Shown: positions 57,258 through 64,000 of the stretch, one piece after another | Position numbering within the stretch: position 1 is the first letter of the stretch | Layout of the letters: every line of letters begins with the position of its first letter | From: a virus | IMG/VR virus record: IMGVR_UViG_3300009177_000034 | Span: 5,374 to 69,373 of that record | Strand: one strand, 5' to 3' | DNA length: 64,000 nucleotides | Notes under the pieces: model-generated | Seen by the model: only the letters and a program-made list of their open reading frames with translations | Told to the model about the DNA's origin: nothing | The model's database searches: none | Translations under genes and position numbers: made by a program

Positions 57258-57682
57258 CAGTCGCCCTCCCGGACGCGCTGCCAGAGGAAGTTCCCGGTCG
57301 CGCCCTCGCCGGCCATCGCGCGGGCCTCGGACCAGGCCTTGAAGCACTTGTCGCACAGGCGCTCGGGGTCCCCGGTCACGTCCTTGATGCCGCTCACATG
57401 GACACCGCACAGGGCGTGCGCGTAGGGTTCGGCCGGGACCAGGTGCTCGCGCGCGTTCGTGCGCTGCACGTACCCGATGCTGAGGCCGGGCACCCGAAGC
57501 TCCCAGGGCTCGTAGACGCCCAGGCCGAGGGCCGACTGGGCCTCCCGGATCATGCGGGCGGCGCGCCCGCGGCTCGTCGAGTACTTGACGGCGACCCATC
57601 CGGCCTCGTCGGTGTTCTTCCGCTCCAGCTTGGCGTAGACGGCCAGGCTCGCCATGACGGCCTCGGCGCGGGCGCGGGTCAT
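57257..57682 (-). CDS. hypothetical protein with Zn ribbon
   Basis: H..ALCG..LCDKC. Confidence 0.6.
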   Translation of the reverse strand: MTRARAEAVMASLAVYAKLERKNTDEAGWVAVKYSTSRGRAARMIREAQSALGLGVYEPWELRVPGLSIGYVQRTNAREHLVPAEPYAHALCGVHVSGIKDVTGDPERLCDKCFKAWSEARAMAGEGATGNFLWQRVREGD

Positions 57683-58083
57683 GGCCGCGGCTCCAGGCGG
57701 CCCGCATCGAGCCCGGCCACGTAGTGCTGCTCCAGCGCCCATGGGTAGGTGCGGCGATGGTCCTGACCGCTCCGCCCGTCGACCACGCCGTCCTGGTAGG
57801 CAGCCTGGGCCTCCGGGGTGCGGGCGGCGCGGGCCGCGTCGAGCGCCATCATCGCCGCCCGGATGGCGGCCGACTCCAGCGCGGCGGCCTCGGCCTCGGG
57901 CTGCGTGAGCAGGCCGTAGGCGTGGGCGTGGGCGCAGGGGCCCGTGACCGTGCGGAGGTTGCCCTCGGCGTCGAAGGTCGCCGTCAGCATCGTGGGCCGC
58001 CCGGTGGCGGACGGCAGGCAGAGCGGGCAGGCGAAGGTGACGGTCGTCGTGATGCGCGGTGGCGGCGGCGGGCGGCGGCTCAT
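57679..58083 (-). CDS. CPLC..CAH protein
   Basis: ATGA couplings; resembles the adjacent gene. Confidence 0.6.
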   Translation of the reverse strand: MSRRPPPPPRITTTVTFACPLCLPSATGRPTMLTATFDAEGNLRTVTGPCAHAHAYGLLTQPEAEAAALESAAIRAAMMALDAARAARTPEAQAAYQDGVVDGRSGQDHRRTYPWALEQHYVAGLDAGRLEPRP

Positions 58084-58391
58084 CGCTCGCTCTCCCACTT
58101 CTCCTCCAGCGTGTCGTAGGCCGCGTCCTGGCTGTCCTCCCAGGCCGCCTCGCAGGCCTCGATGACGGCCCGGTCCACGGCCTGGGTCATGGCGCGGCCG
58201 CCGTCGCCGCGGAGCTTGCCGGCCTGGAAGGCCTCGGCGTGGGCGCAGCCGACCAGCGTCTCGACGATGGGGCTGCTCGGGACCTCCCCGTCCCAGCGGC
58301 CCCGGGGCGTCGGCTCCAGGGTGCCCGTCACCTCGGGCTCGCTCGCGCAGAGGGGGCAGGTGAAGGCGAAGGTCAGGCCGGGGCGGCTCAT
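58080..58391 (-). CDS. CPLC..CAH protein
   Basis: ATGA couplings. Confidence 0.62.
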   Translation of the reverse strand: MSRPGLTFAFTCPLCASEPEVTGTLEPTPRGRWDGEVPSSPIVETLVGCAHAEAFQAGKLRGDGGRAMTQAVDRAVIEACEAAWEDSQDAAYDTLEEKWESER

Positions 58392-58585
58392 GCGCCTTGG
58401 ATCGTGCGGGCGTAGGCCAGCGCACGCTCCAGGGAGGGGTAGATGATCGCGCTGCCGACGAACTGGCCGGCCTGGTCGTCCCGGACCGTGACCGAGAACC
58501 CCGCCTCGATCTGCGCGACGACCGCCGTGATGCCGACGTTGACGGTGTCGGGGTGGCTTAGCTCTGCGAGGATGATTGACTTCAT
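58388..58585 (-). CDS. hypothetical protein
   Basis: first gene after promoter/leader cassette. Confidence 0.65.
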   Translation of the reverse strand: MKSIILAELSHPDTVNVGITAVVAQIEAGFSVTVRDDQAGQFVGSAIIYPSLERALAYARTIQGA

Positions 58586-58594
58586 GGTGTCTCC

Positions 58595-58671
58595 CCTTGC
58601 TGCGCGCCTTGTCGGGGGCGGCTCCCTCTCGCCTACGACCTCATCATGCGCCGTTGTTGTCAGCGTGTCAA
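58595..58671 (-). promoter_or_regulatory. repeated promoter (copy 5) plus variant leader hairpin
   Basis: TTGACA-17-CATGAT; stem CGCC/GGCG. Confidence 0.78.
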
Positions 58672-58701
58672 GGGGCGGCGCGGGCCGCCCCCGGAATCCG
58701 C

Positions 58702-59706
58702 CTAGCGGGCGCCCGCCAGTTCCAGGCCCGCCGTCAGCGCCCGCGCCTTCGTGTCGGCGTAGCCGCCGAACAGCACCGACTGCTGCCGCCGAGCGGAAAC
58801 CTCGCCCGACTTGAGGACAGGGTAGACGTGGTCTGTCCATTCGGTCACTGCATTGAACGCGCCCCAGACGGTGCCCGCGACGCCCGCGATCTCGCTGCCC
58901 TGCCCGGCGCCGTCGTAGAGGGCCAGGACCGCCGCCTGGTGGGCCTCCCAGCGGGCCAGCTTCTCGTCCTCGACCAGGGTGCCCTCGACGGCGGGGCTCG
59001 GGAAGACCCCCGCGAAGTAGGCGAGGGCGCCCGTGTGCGTCAGCGGCGTGGCGGCCAGCGCGCGGTAGGCGTCGGCCGTCGACTGGCTCTGCTTCTTGGC
59101 GAGGCCCAGGGCCGTGAGGGCCTCGTCGATCCTGAGCTTGGCGTTCGTCGTGTGGCGGATGTAGATGTCGGCGGCCGCCTTCCAGTTCGCCCCGAGGGCG
59201 ACAGAAAGCGTGTTGTTGCACACAACGCGGACCGGCGTCAGCTTGCCGGCGAGGCCATGGTAGCCGTCGTGGCCCCAGGCCAGCAGCATGAACTCGGAGA
59301 TAACGTCGCCCTTGACGACCTCGAAGGTCTCCGGGAGGCGCGCCAGCATCCAGCACCGCTGCCCCTCGTCCAGGGCCCCGGCGACCTCGACGTTGGCGCC
59401 CGCGCCGATCAGGGCGTCCATGACCTCCCCGGCCTGGGCGTTCTGGATGGGGTGATACCGCTCCGACGTGACCGCGAAGGTGAGGTCCTTGTCGTCGCGG
59501 CGGAGGGCCTTGAAGCCGGGGATGGGCGCCGGCGACCCGGCGAGGAAGATGGGTTGCTGGGAGACGGTCCAGAGGAGGCCGGCCTTCTCTAGCATGTCGC
59601 CCGCGGTCTGGAGGCCGCCGACCTGGGTGCCGAGGCCGTGCCAGGGGGTCTCGCCGGCGTAGGCCATCTCGATGCGGCCGTCCTTGCTGCTGAGTTTATG
59701 GGCCAT
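58702..59706 (-). CDS. DUF932 family protein
   Basis: MAH..MAY.GETPWHGLG..AGL.W.V..QN..HDG..TPVRVVCNNTL..IRHT..GT.WG..NAVTE..DH. Confidence 0.9.
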   Translation of the reverse strand: MAHKLSSKDGRIEMAYAGETPWHGLGTQVGGLQTAGDMLEKAGLLWTVSQQPIFLAGSPAPIPGFKALRRDDKDLTFAVTSERYHPIQNAQAGEVMDALIGAGANVEVAGALDEGQRCWMLARLPETFEVVKGDVISEFMLLAWGHDGYHGLAGKLTPVRVVCNNTLSVALGANWKAAADIYIRHTTNAKLRIDEALTALGLAKKQSQSTADAYRALAATPLTHTGALAYFAGVFPSPAVEGTLVEDEKLARWEAHQAAVLALYDGAGQGSEIAGVAGTVWGAFNAVTEWTDHVYPVLKSGEVSARRQQSVLFGGYADTKARALTAGLELAGAR

Positions 59707-59713
59707 GATGGTG

Positions 59714-59793
59714 CTCCTTGTCTGCGCGGCTTGTGGGCGCCGGCTGCCCCTCGTCTACGAATCCACTCTGCGCCCTTGTTGTCAGCGTGTCAA
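59714..59793 (-). promoter_or_regulatory. repeated promoter (copy 6) plus leader hairpin
   Basis: TTGACA-17-CAGAGT and leader. Confidence 0.8.
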
Positions 59794-59803
59794 GGGGGCG
59801 GCC

Positions 59804-59965
59804 TCAGCGGACGGCCGCGCAGGACCCGCAGATGACCCGCGGGTTGCTGTAGCGGGTCAGGTGCGCGCAGGTGTCGACGGCGCAGACGCTGCAGACGGCG
59901 TGCTGGACCGGGAGCTTCTTCCGGGCGATCCGGCGACAGGCCCCGCAGTAGCGGCGGCGGGTCAC
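59804..59965 (-). CDS. small Zn-finger protein
   Basis: three CxxC motifs plus CxH; GTGA coupling. Confidence 0.5.
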   Translation of the reverse strand: MTRRRYCGACRRIARKKLPVQHAVCSVCAVDTCAHLTRYSNPRVICGSCAAVR

Positions 59966-60190
59966 AGCCGCGGCTTTCCGGGGACCAGTTCCCCCGCTGC
60001 GTGCTGGCGGCAGTAGCCGGTTCCTAGTGGCGCCCGAGCGCATTGTCGAAAACCCCACCCACCGGGCTCCGCGATCCGCGCCTGACAACGATTCGACCGC
60101 AGGACGATGCAATGAGGGAGACAGGCCTTCTTGCGCTTGTCGATACCGCATACGCCGTGCGTCTCGCAGAGGTTCACCGGGGCGCCCATG

Positions 60191-60349
60191 CTACCGGCCC
60201 GCCTTCGCCGCGCGGAGGGCCGCCGTCGCGCAGGGCTCGCAGATGCCGTGCGAGTTGGCGACCGAGCCGTAGGAGATGATGGCCTCGCACCATGAGCAGA
60301 CCACCGGGTGGCCGGCGGCCGTCGTGCTGTAGGTCGTGTCGGTGTTCAT
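60191..60349 (-). CDS. small Zn-finger protein
   Basis: VCSWC..SHGICEPC; follows the leader RBS. Confidence 0.65.
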   Translation of the reverse strand: MNTDTTYSTTAAGHPVVCSWCEAIISYGSVANSHGICEPCATAALRAAKAGR

Positions 60350-60358
60350 GGGGTGTCG

Positions 60359-60434
60359 CTCCTTGCTGCGCGGCTTCGTGGCGCCGGCTGCCTGTCTACG
60401 TCCTCACTATGCGCCGTTGTTGTCGGCGTGTCAA
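60359..60434 (-). promoter_or_regulatory. repeated promoter (copy 7) plus leader hairpin
   Basis: TTGACA-17-CATAGT and leader. Confidence 0.8.
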
Positions 60435-60808
60435 GCGCATAGGGTGACGTGGCCCACTCCTCGACGGGCGGGCACGGGCAGTCGTGGACGTGCGCCTGGT
60501 GCCAGCGGCACCAGTAGTCGCCGCAGCGACAGCGCACCCAGGGCGCCGGCGCCGTCATGCGCCCAGGCGCGCCAGGAGGGCGCGGGCGCGGCACCCGTCG
60601 CAGGGCTGGTAGATTTCCCCGCAGGCGCCGGCCAGCGGCGCGACGCATGGCACCGCCGCGGCGACGCGCGCCAGGTAGAGTAGCTCGCCCGACTCGTCAA
60701 CCAGCGCCGCCGGCGTGACGGTCAGGAACAGGGCCCGGGCGGCGTCCTGGAGGTCGCTGGCCGTCAGTTCGGCGGGGCCGCGGCCCAGGGTCAGCGGCCC
60801 CCGGCGGC

Positions 60809-61096
60809 TCATGCGTTCACCGGGATGATGCGGTAGTCGCCGTAGAGGGGGCCGGTGTACTGGTTGGCTGCCGTCGTGCTGGCCTTCTTGGCGGCCAGGT
60901 CCTCGCGGCCGTGCCAGGACAGGGTCTCCCAGGTGGGCTGCGCCAGTTCCCGGCGCTCCTGGTGGAGGTCCGTCTCGGTCTTGACCCAGATGCACCGGGC
61001 GACTCGGAGGGCGGCCAGGATGTGCGTGTAGTCGTGGTCCGTCGTGCGCGTCGCAGTCGTGCCGTCCGGGAGGGTCGCCGTCAGTTTCTTCTTCAT
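60809..61096 (-). CDS. hypothetical protein
   Basis: AAGGAG RBS; LPDG...TRTT...YTH motif. Confidence 0.7.
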   Translation of the reverse strand: MKKKLTATLPDGTTATRTTDHDYTHILAALRVARCIWVKTETDLHQERRELAQPTWETLSWHGREDLAAKKASTTAANQYTGPLYGDYRIIPVNA

Positions 61097-61103
61097 GGTG
61101 GTT

Positions 61104-61181
61104 CTCCTTGCTGCGCGGCTTGGCGGCGCCGGCTGCCCCTCCCTACGAACCCATCATCGCATGCTGTTGTCAGCATGTCAA
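61104..61181 (-). promoter_or_regulatory. repeated promoter (copy 8) plus leader hairpin
   Basis: TTGACA-17-GATGAT; leader identical to copy 3 over 34 nt. Confidence 0.78.
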
Positions 61182-61734
61182 GACGGATTCGCGGCGGGGC
61201 GTCCGAGCGGCGCCCAGGGCGCCAGACGCAGGAGGGCCTGGAGGGCGACCAGCACCCGCGGGCACTCGCGGTGGTGCGTCGCCGCCGTGCAGCCCGGGCG
61301 GCAGCGGGTCTCGTTGAGCCGGTTCACGATCTGGGTCGCATGGTCCCACGCGGTCGACGGCGGAGCGGGCAAGCGGGCCTCCCTGGGGGTGGAGGGGGTG
61401 CGGGGGTCAACGGGTGGTCCGGAGCAGGATAAACCGGCCGCCGCCGTTCGGAATCGTGCCGACGACCTGGACCGGGACCGAGTAGTTCGCCGCCGTCACC
61501 AGCAGGTAGCGCTTGCCGGTGACGAGGCGGGCGGCCCGGCCGTGGTGGCCCTTGCCCTTCTTCATCGTCGGGCGCTTCACCAGGGCCTCCGGGAGCCGCG
61601 CGGGGCCTGGCCGGTCAGGGCGCTCAGCGCCGCCTGGACCTCGTAGTAGACGGCGGGGAGGTCGGGCGGGTCCACGTGGGTGTCGAACCAGTCCAGGACC
61701 TCGCTGTAGAGCAGGGCCTGCTGCTCGTCCGCGT

Positions 61735-62064
61735 TCACTCGGCCACCTCGCGGATTTCGACCTTGACGACCCGGGCGTAGGCGGGGACCGTCCCCTTGCG
61801 GATGGCGGCGGCGTCGACCCGGTGGCGGTAGTCGACGACGGCCTGCGTGGTCTCGCGCGCGTTCGTCAGCGTCCGCATCAGGTCCAGGCGCTCGGCGCCG
61901 TCGGCGTCGACGATGACGGCGACGTAGCCGACGCGGCGCAGGCCCTCGGCCTCGCGGGGCGGGATGCTGACGGTCAGGCGGCGGCCCTTGAAGGGCGCGG
62001 TGGCGAGCGGGGTGGCGATGGTGCGCGCCTTGGCGGCGGCGTAGCGGGTGGCGGATGGCGTCAT
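61735..62064 (-). CDS. hypothetical protein
   Basis: first gene after promoter/leader cassette. Confidence 0.65.
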   Translation of the reverse strand: MTPSATRYAAAKARTIATPLATAPFKGRRLTVSIPPREAEGLRRVGYVAVIVDADGAERLDLMRTLTNARETTQAVVDYRHRVDAAAIRKGTVPAYARVVKVEIREVAE

Positions 62065-62070
62065 GGGGTC

Positions 62071-62152
62071 CCTTTCCTGCGGCGGCTTGGCGGCGCCGGC
62101 TGCCGTGCTGCCCTACCACCCCAGCATCGCATGGTTGTTGTCAGCGTGTCAA
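62071..62152 (-). promoter_or_regulatory. repeated promoter (copy 9) plus leader hairpin
   Basis: TTGACAcgcTGACAAca and leader; -10 box weak. Confidence 0.75.
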
Positions 62153-62661
62153 GCGGTCGCGTCCAGGGTTATTTGGACCAGGGGCGGCATCTTGTCGGCG
62201 CCAAAGCGCAGCGCGAAGCGGTCCCAGATGCGCCGATACTCGCCATAGTCGGCGTGCAGTTGCTTCTCCCGCGCCCGCACGGTCTCCGCGGCCTCGCTAT
62301 CTGTCAGGAACGCCTCGGAGATCCAGAGTTGCGTGCTCCCCAGCAGCACCGGGTATTTGTACGGGAACCCCGTCGCGGGGTCGTTGTCGCCTAGCGTCCC
62401 GCGGACATACTCCACCGCCGCACGTCGCGCCCAGCGGTCTAGTTGCGCTTGACTGAAAAGGTGCAGGTCGAGGCATTTCTCGTAGACCTCCACGGCGGAC
62501 ACGCGGCCCCCCAGGTCGTCGTGGACCTGCCGAATCTTGGCGGCCAGGATGGCGTCGGTGAAGGCCTCCGCCGTGGTTGGCCGCCCGGGTCCCGGGTTCG
62601 CCTTCGTGGTCGGCCTGCTTTTCTGGCTTCTCTTTTTGGCTTGTGCGCGTCGTCGTCTCAT
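62149..62661 (-). CDS. hypothetical protein
   Basis: 170 aa, ATGA coupling to the ParB-like gene. Confidence 0.65.
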   Translation of the reverse strand: MRRRRAQAKKRSQKSRPTTKANPGPGRPTTAEAFTDAILAAKIRQVHDDLGGRVSAVEVYEKCLDLHLFSQAQLDRWARRAAVEYVRGTLGDNDPATGFPYKYPVLLGSTQLWISEAFLTDSEAAETVRAREKQLHADYGEYRRIWDRFALRFGADKMPPLVQITLDATA

Positions 62662-63623
62662 ATCGGGTGAGCCCCCGTCTCCTTGATGAGTTGCTGCAAC
62701 ACCGTGTCTACGAGCCCGCGCACCCGCGTGATCTCAGGCACGAAGGCGCGCACGCGACAATGGCGGACGGCCTTGTCCAGCGCGTAGCGCGCCTCGCTCA
62801 GGTGCCCGAGCGCCGGGTCCGGGAGAGGCGGCAGCGCCGCCGCCGCCGCCTGGGCGTTGCTCCGCACGTGCGGGTCCGTCGAGACGATGCCGGTGTAGAT
62901 CGCCTTGCGCGCGGTCCGGTCCATGGCGGCCAGATTTTCGAGGACGGCGATGGCGCGCTTGGCAGGCACCCCATCGTCGTCGAGGAGCATCGCCAGCGAG
63001 GCATGCTCGGCCTCCGTGAAATGCTTGTCGACCAGGGCCCCCGCCTCCAGCACGTGATGCTGAATCCAGCCGTCGCGCTGCATGAACGGGAAGCGCTCGG
63101 CAATCTCAACGTGGCGCTCCTTGCGCTTCCGCTCTCGGGGAGACACGCCGGTCTCTTTGGCGACCTCGATTTGCGAGGCCGCTTTCTTCGTCCCCTTTGG
63201 TCTACCCGGAGGCTTCCCGGTCGTGCGGGGTTTTTTCGGCAACGTGCCGATTAAATCCTGCACCGCTGTCGCCTTCGCCTTGAGCCGCGCCTCCGCTTGA
63301 TGGATCGCGGCGAGCTTCTCCTTCGAGACCTCGTAGGTGTCGAGGTCGTCGCGCTCGGTGTTCTCGTCGAGTTCGATGGCGCGCAACTCGGCGTCATCGC
63401 ACTGGCTCACGTCGCGCGCAGGAATGCTCTCCCAGCCGAGCAGGCGGCACGCCTCCAGCCGCCGCTGGCCGGCGATCAACTCGTGGCCCCGCACCAGGAT
63501 GGGATGGAGGAGGCCGTGCGCCTCGATGCTCCGCGCGAGGCTCCGTAGCTTGCGGGGGCGGTTCCGGCGTCGCTCGCCGACGAGGACCGCGGCGATGCTG
63601 ACGCGCTGCTCGGGTTGAATCAC
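62658..63623 (-). CDS. ParB-like protein
   Basis: LARSI..HGLLHPILV..LIAGQRRLEA..LGW..ENT.R; later HTH; GTG start. Confidence 0.85.
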   Translation of the reverse strand: MIQPEQRVSIAAVLVGERRRNRPRKLRSLARSIEAHGLLHPILVRGHELIAGQRRLEACRLLGWESIPARDVSQCDDAELRAIELDENTERDDLDTYEVSKEKLAAIHQAEARLKAKATAVQDLIGTLPKKPRTTGKPPGRPKGTKKAASQIEVAKETGVSPRERKRKERHVEIAERFPFMQRDGWIQHHVLEAGALVDKHFTEAEHASLAMLLDDDGVPAKRAIAVLENLAAMDRTARKAIYTGIVSTDPHVRSNAQAAAAALPPLPDPALGHLSEARYALDKAVRHCRVRAFVPEITRVRGLVDTVLQQLIKETGAHPI

Positions 63624-64000
63624 GGCGTTCCTTTCGTCCGTGCGGCCCCGCGTGACTGCGGCGGCACGCGGAGTTCCCCGCTCTCCACGTCGAAGGCCGG
63701 GCCATGGTAGACGCGGAACCGCGAGCGGCCCGCGTAGGTGAGCAGGAGGTCGTCGTCCCGGGGCGGCCAGGCCGACGCCAGAATCTTCTTCCGGTGGGCC
63801 GACAGCGACGTGGGCTCCGTGATCTGGACGAAGCGCACCAGGCCCGAGGCCTCGACGACGACCAGGTCCCAGACGTTGAAGAAGTCGTGCCGCATCGAGC
63901 GCGGGATGCGCTCCGCGAAGGGGCGGGCGCACGCCGCGCAGGCCCCGGGGCGCGCGTCCTTCTTCGGAATCCAGACCACCACCTTGGGGGCCGTCTCCAC
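63620..64000 (-). CDS. PD-(D/E)XK nuclease (resolvase-like), possibly 5'-truncated
   Basis: DFFNVWDLVVV...VRFVQIT. Confidence 0.5.
   Translation of the reverse strand: METAPKVVVWIPKKDARPGACAACARPFAERIPRSMRHDFFNVWDLVVVEASGLVRFVQITEPTSLSAHRKKILASAWPPRDDDLLLTYAGRSRFRVYHGPAFDVESGELRVPPQSRGAARTKGTP

Noticed and set aside
56116-62152. Repeats as a CRISPR array or integron attC array
   Set aside because: Spacing is irregular at 0.6-2.5 kb, repeats match promoter/RBS architecture, and no cas operon or integron integrase is present
1-64000. TAG stop-codon reassignment
   Set aside because: Capsid, tail tube, tape measure and terminase end at TAG right before the next gene, and conserved genes have no internal TAG

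Overview
High-GC (roughly 70% by eye) tailed-phage DNA of siphovirus type (tail tube and tape measure present, no sheath gene). Almost all genes are on the minus strand, so transcription runs from 64 kb toward 1. In that order the modules are: ParB-like and many small early genes with a repeated promoter and leader-hairpin cassette (54-64 kb); a LAGLIDADG endonuclease and two tandem ParB-DNA methyltransferases (50.6-53.7 kb); terminase (TerL with a class 3 intein), portal with a fused C-terminal ADP-ribosyltransferase-like domain, MuF minor head protein with an intein, protease, scaffold and capsid (35-49 kb); tail tube, chaperones, tape measure, collagen fibre, a glycosyl/methyltransferase and repeat-rich tail-tip proteins (12-35 kb); lysis and secreted proteins (5-12 kb); and a recombination module (0-4.6 kb). 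The most striking observation is a Vsr/DUF559-type endonuclease gene encoded entirely on the opposite strand of the MuF intein. It fits a recurring pattern: antisense homing-endonuclease genes whose sense strand is a stop-free frame (intein or bridging ORF) coupled to both neighbouring genes. All product calls come from motif recognition by eye; no database search was run. No integrase, tRNA, rRNA or CRISPR array was seen, and the host is not identifiable from this window.
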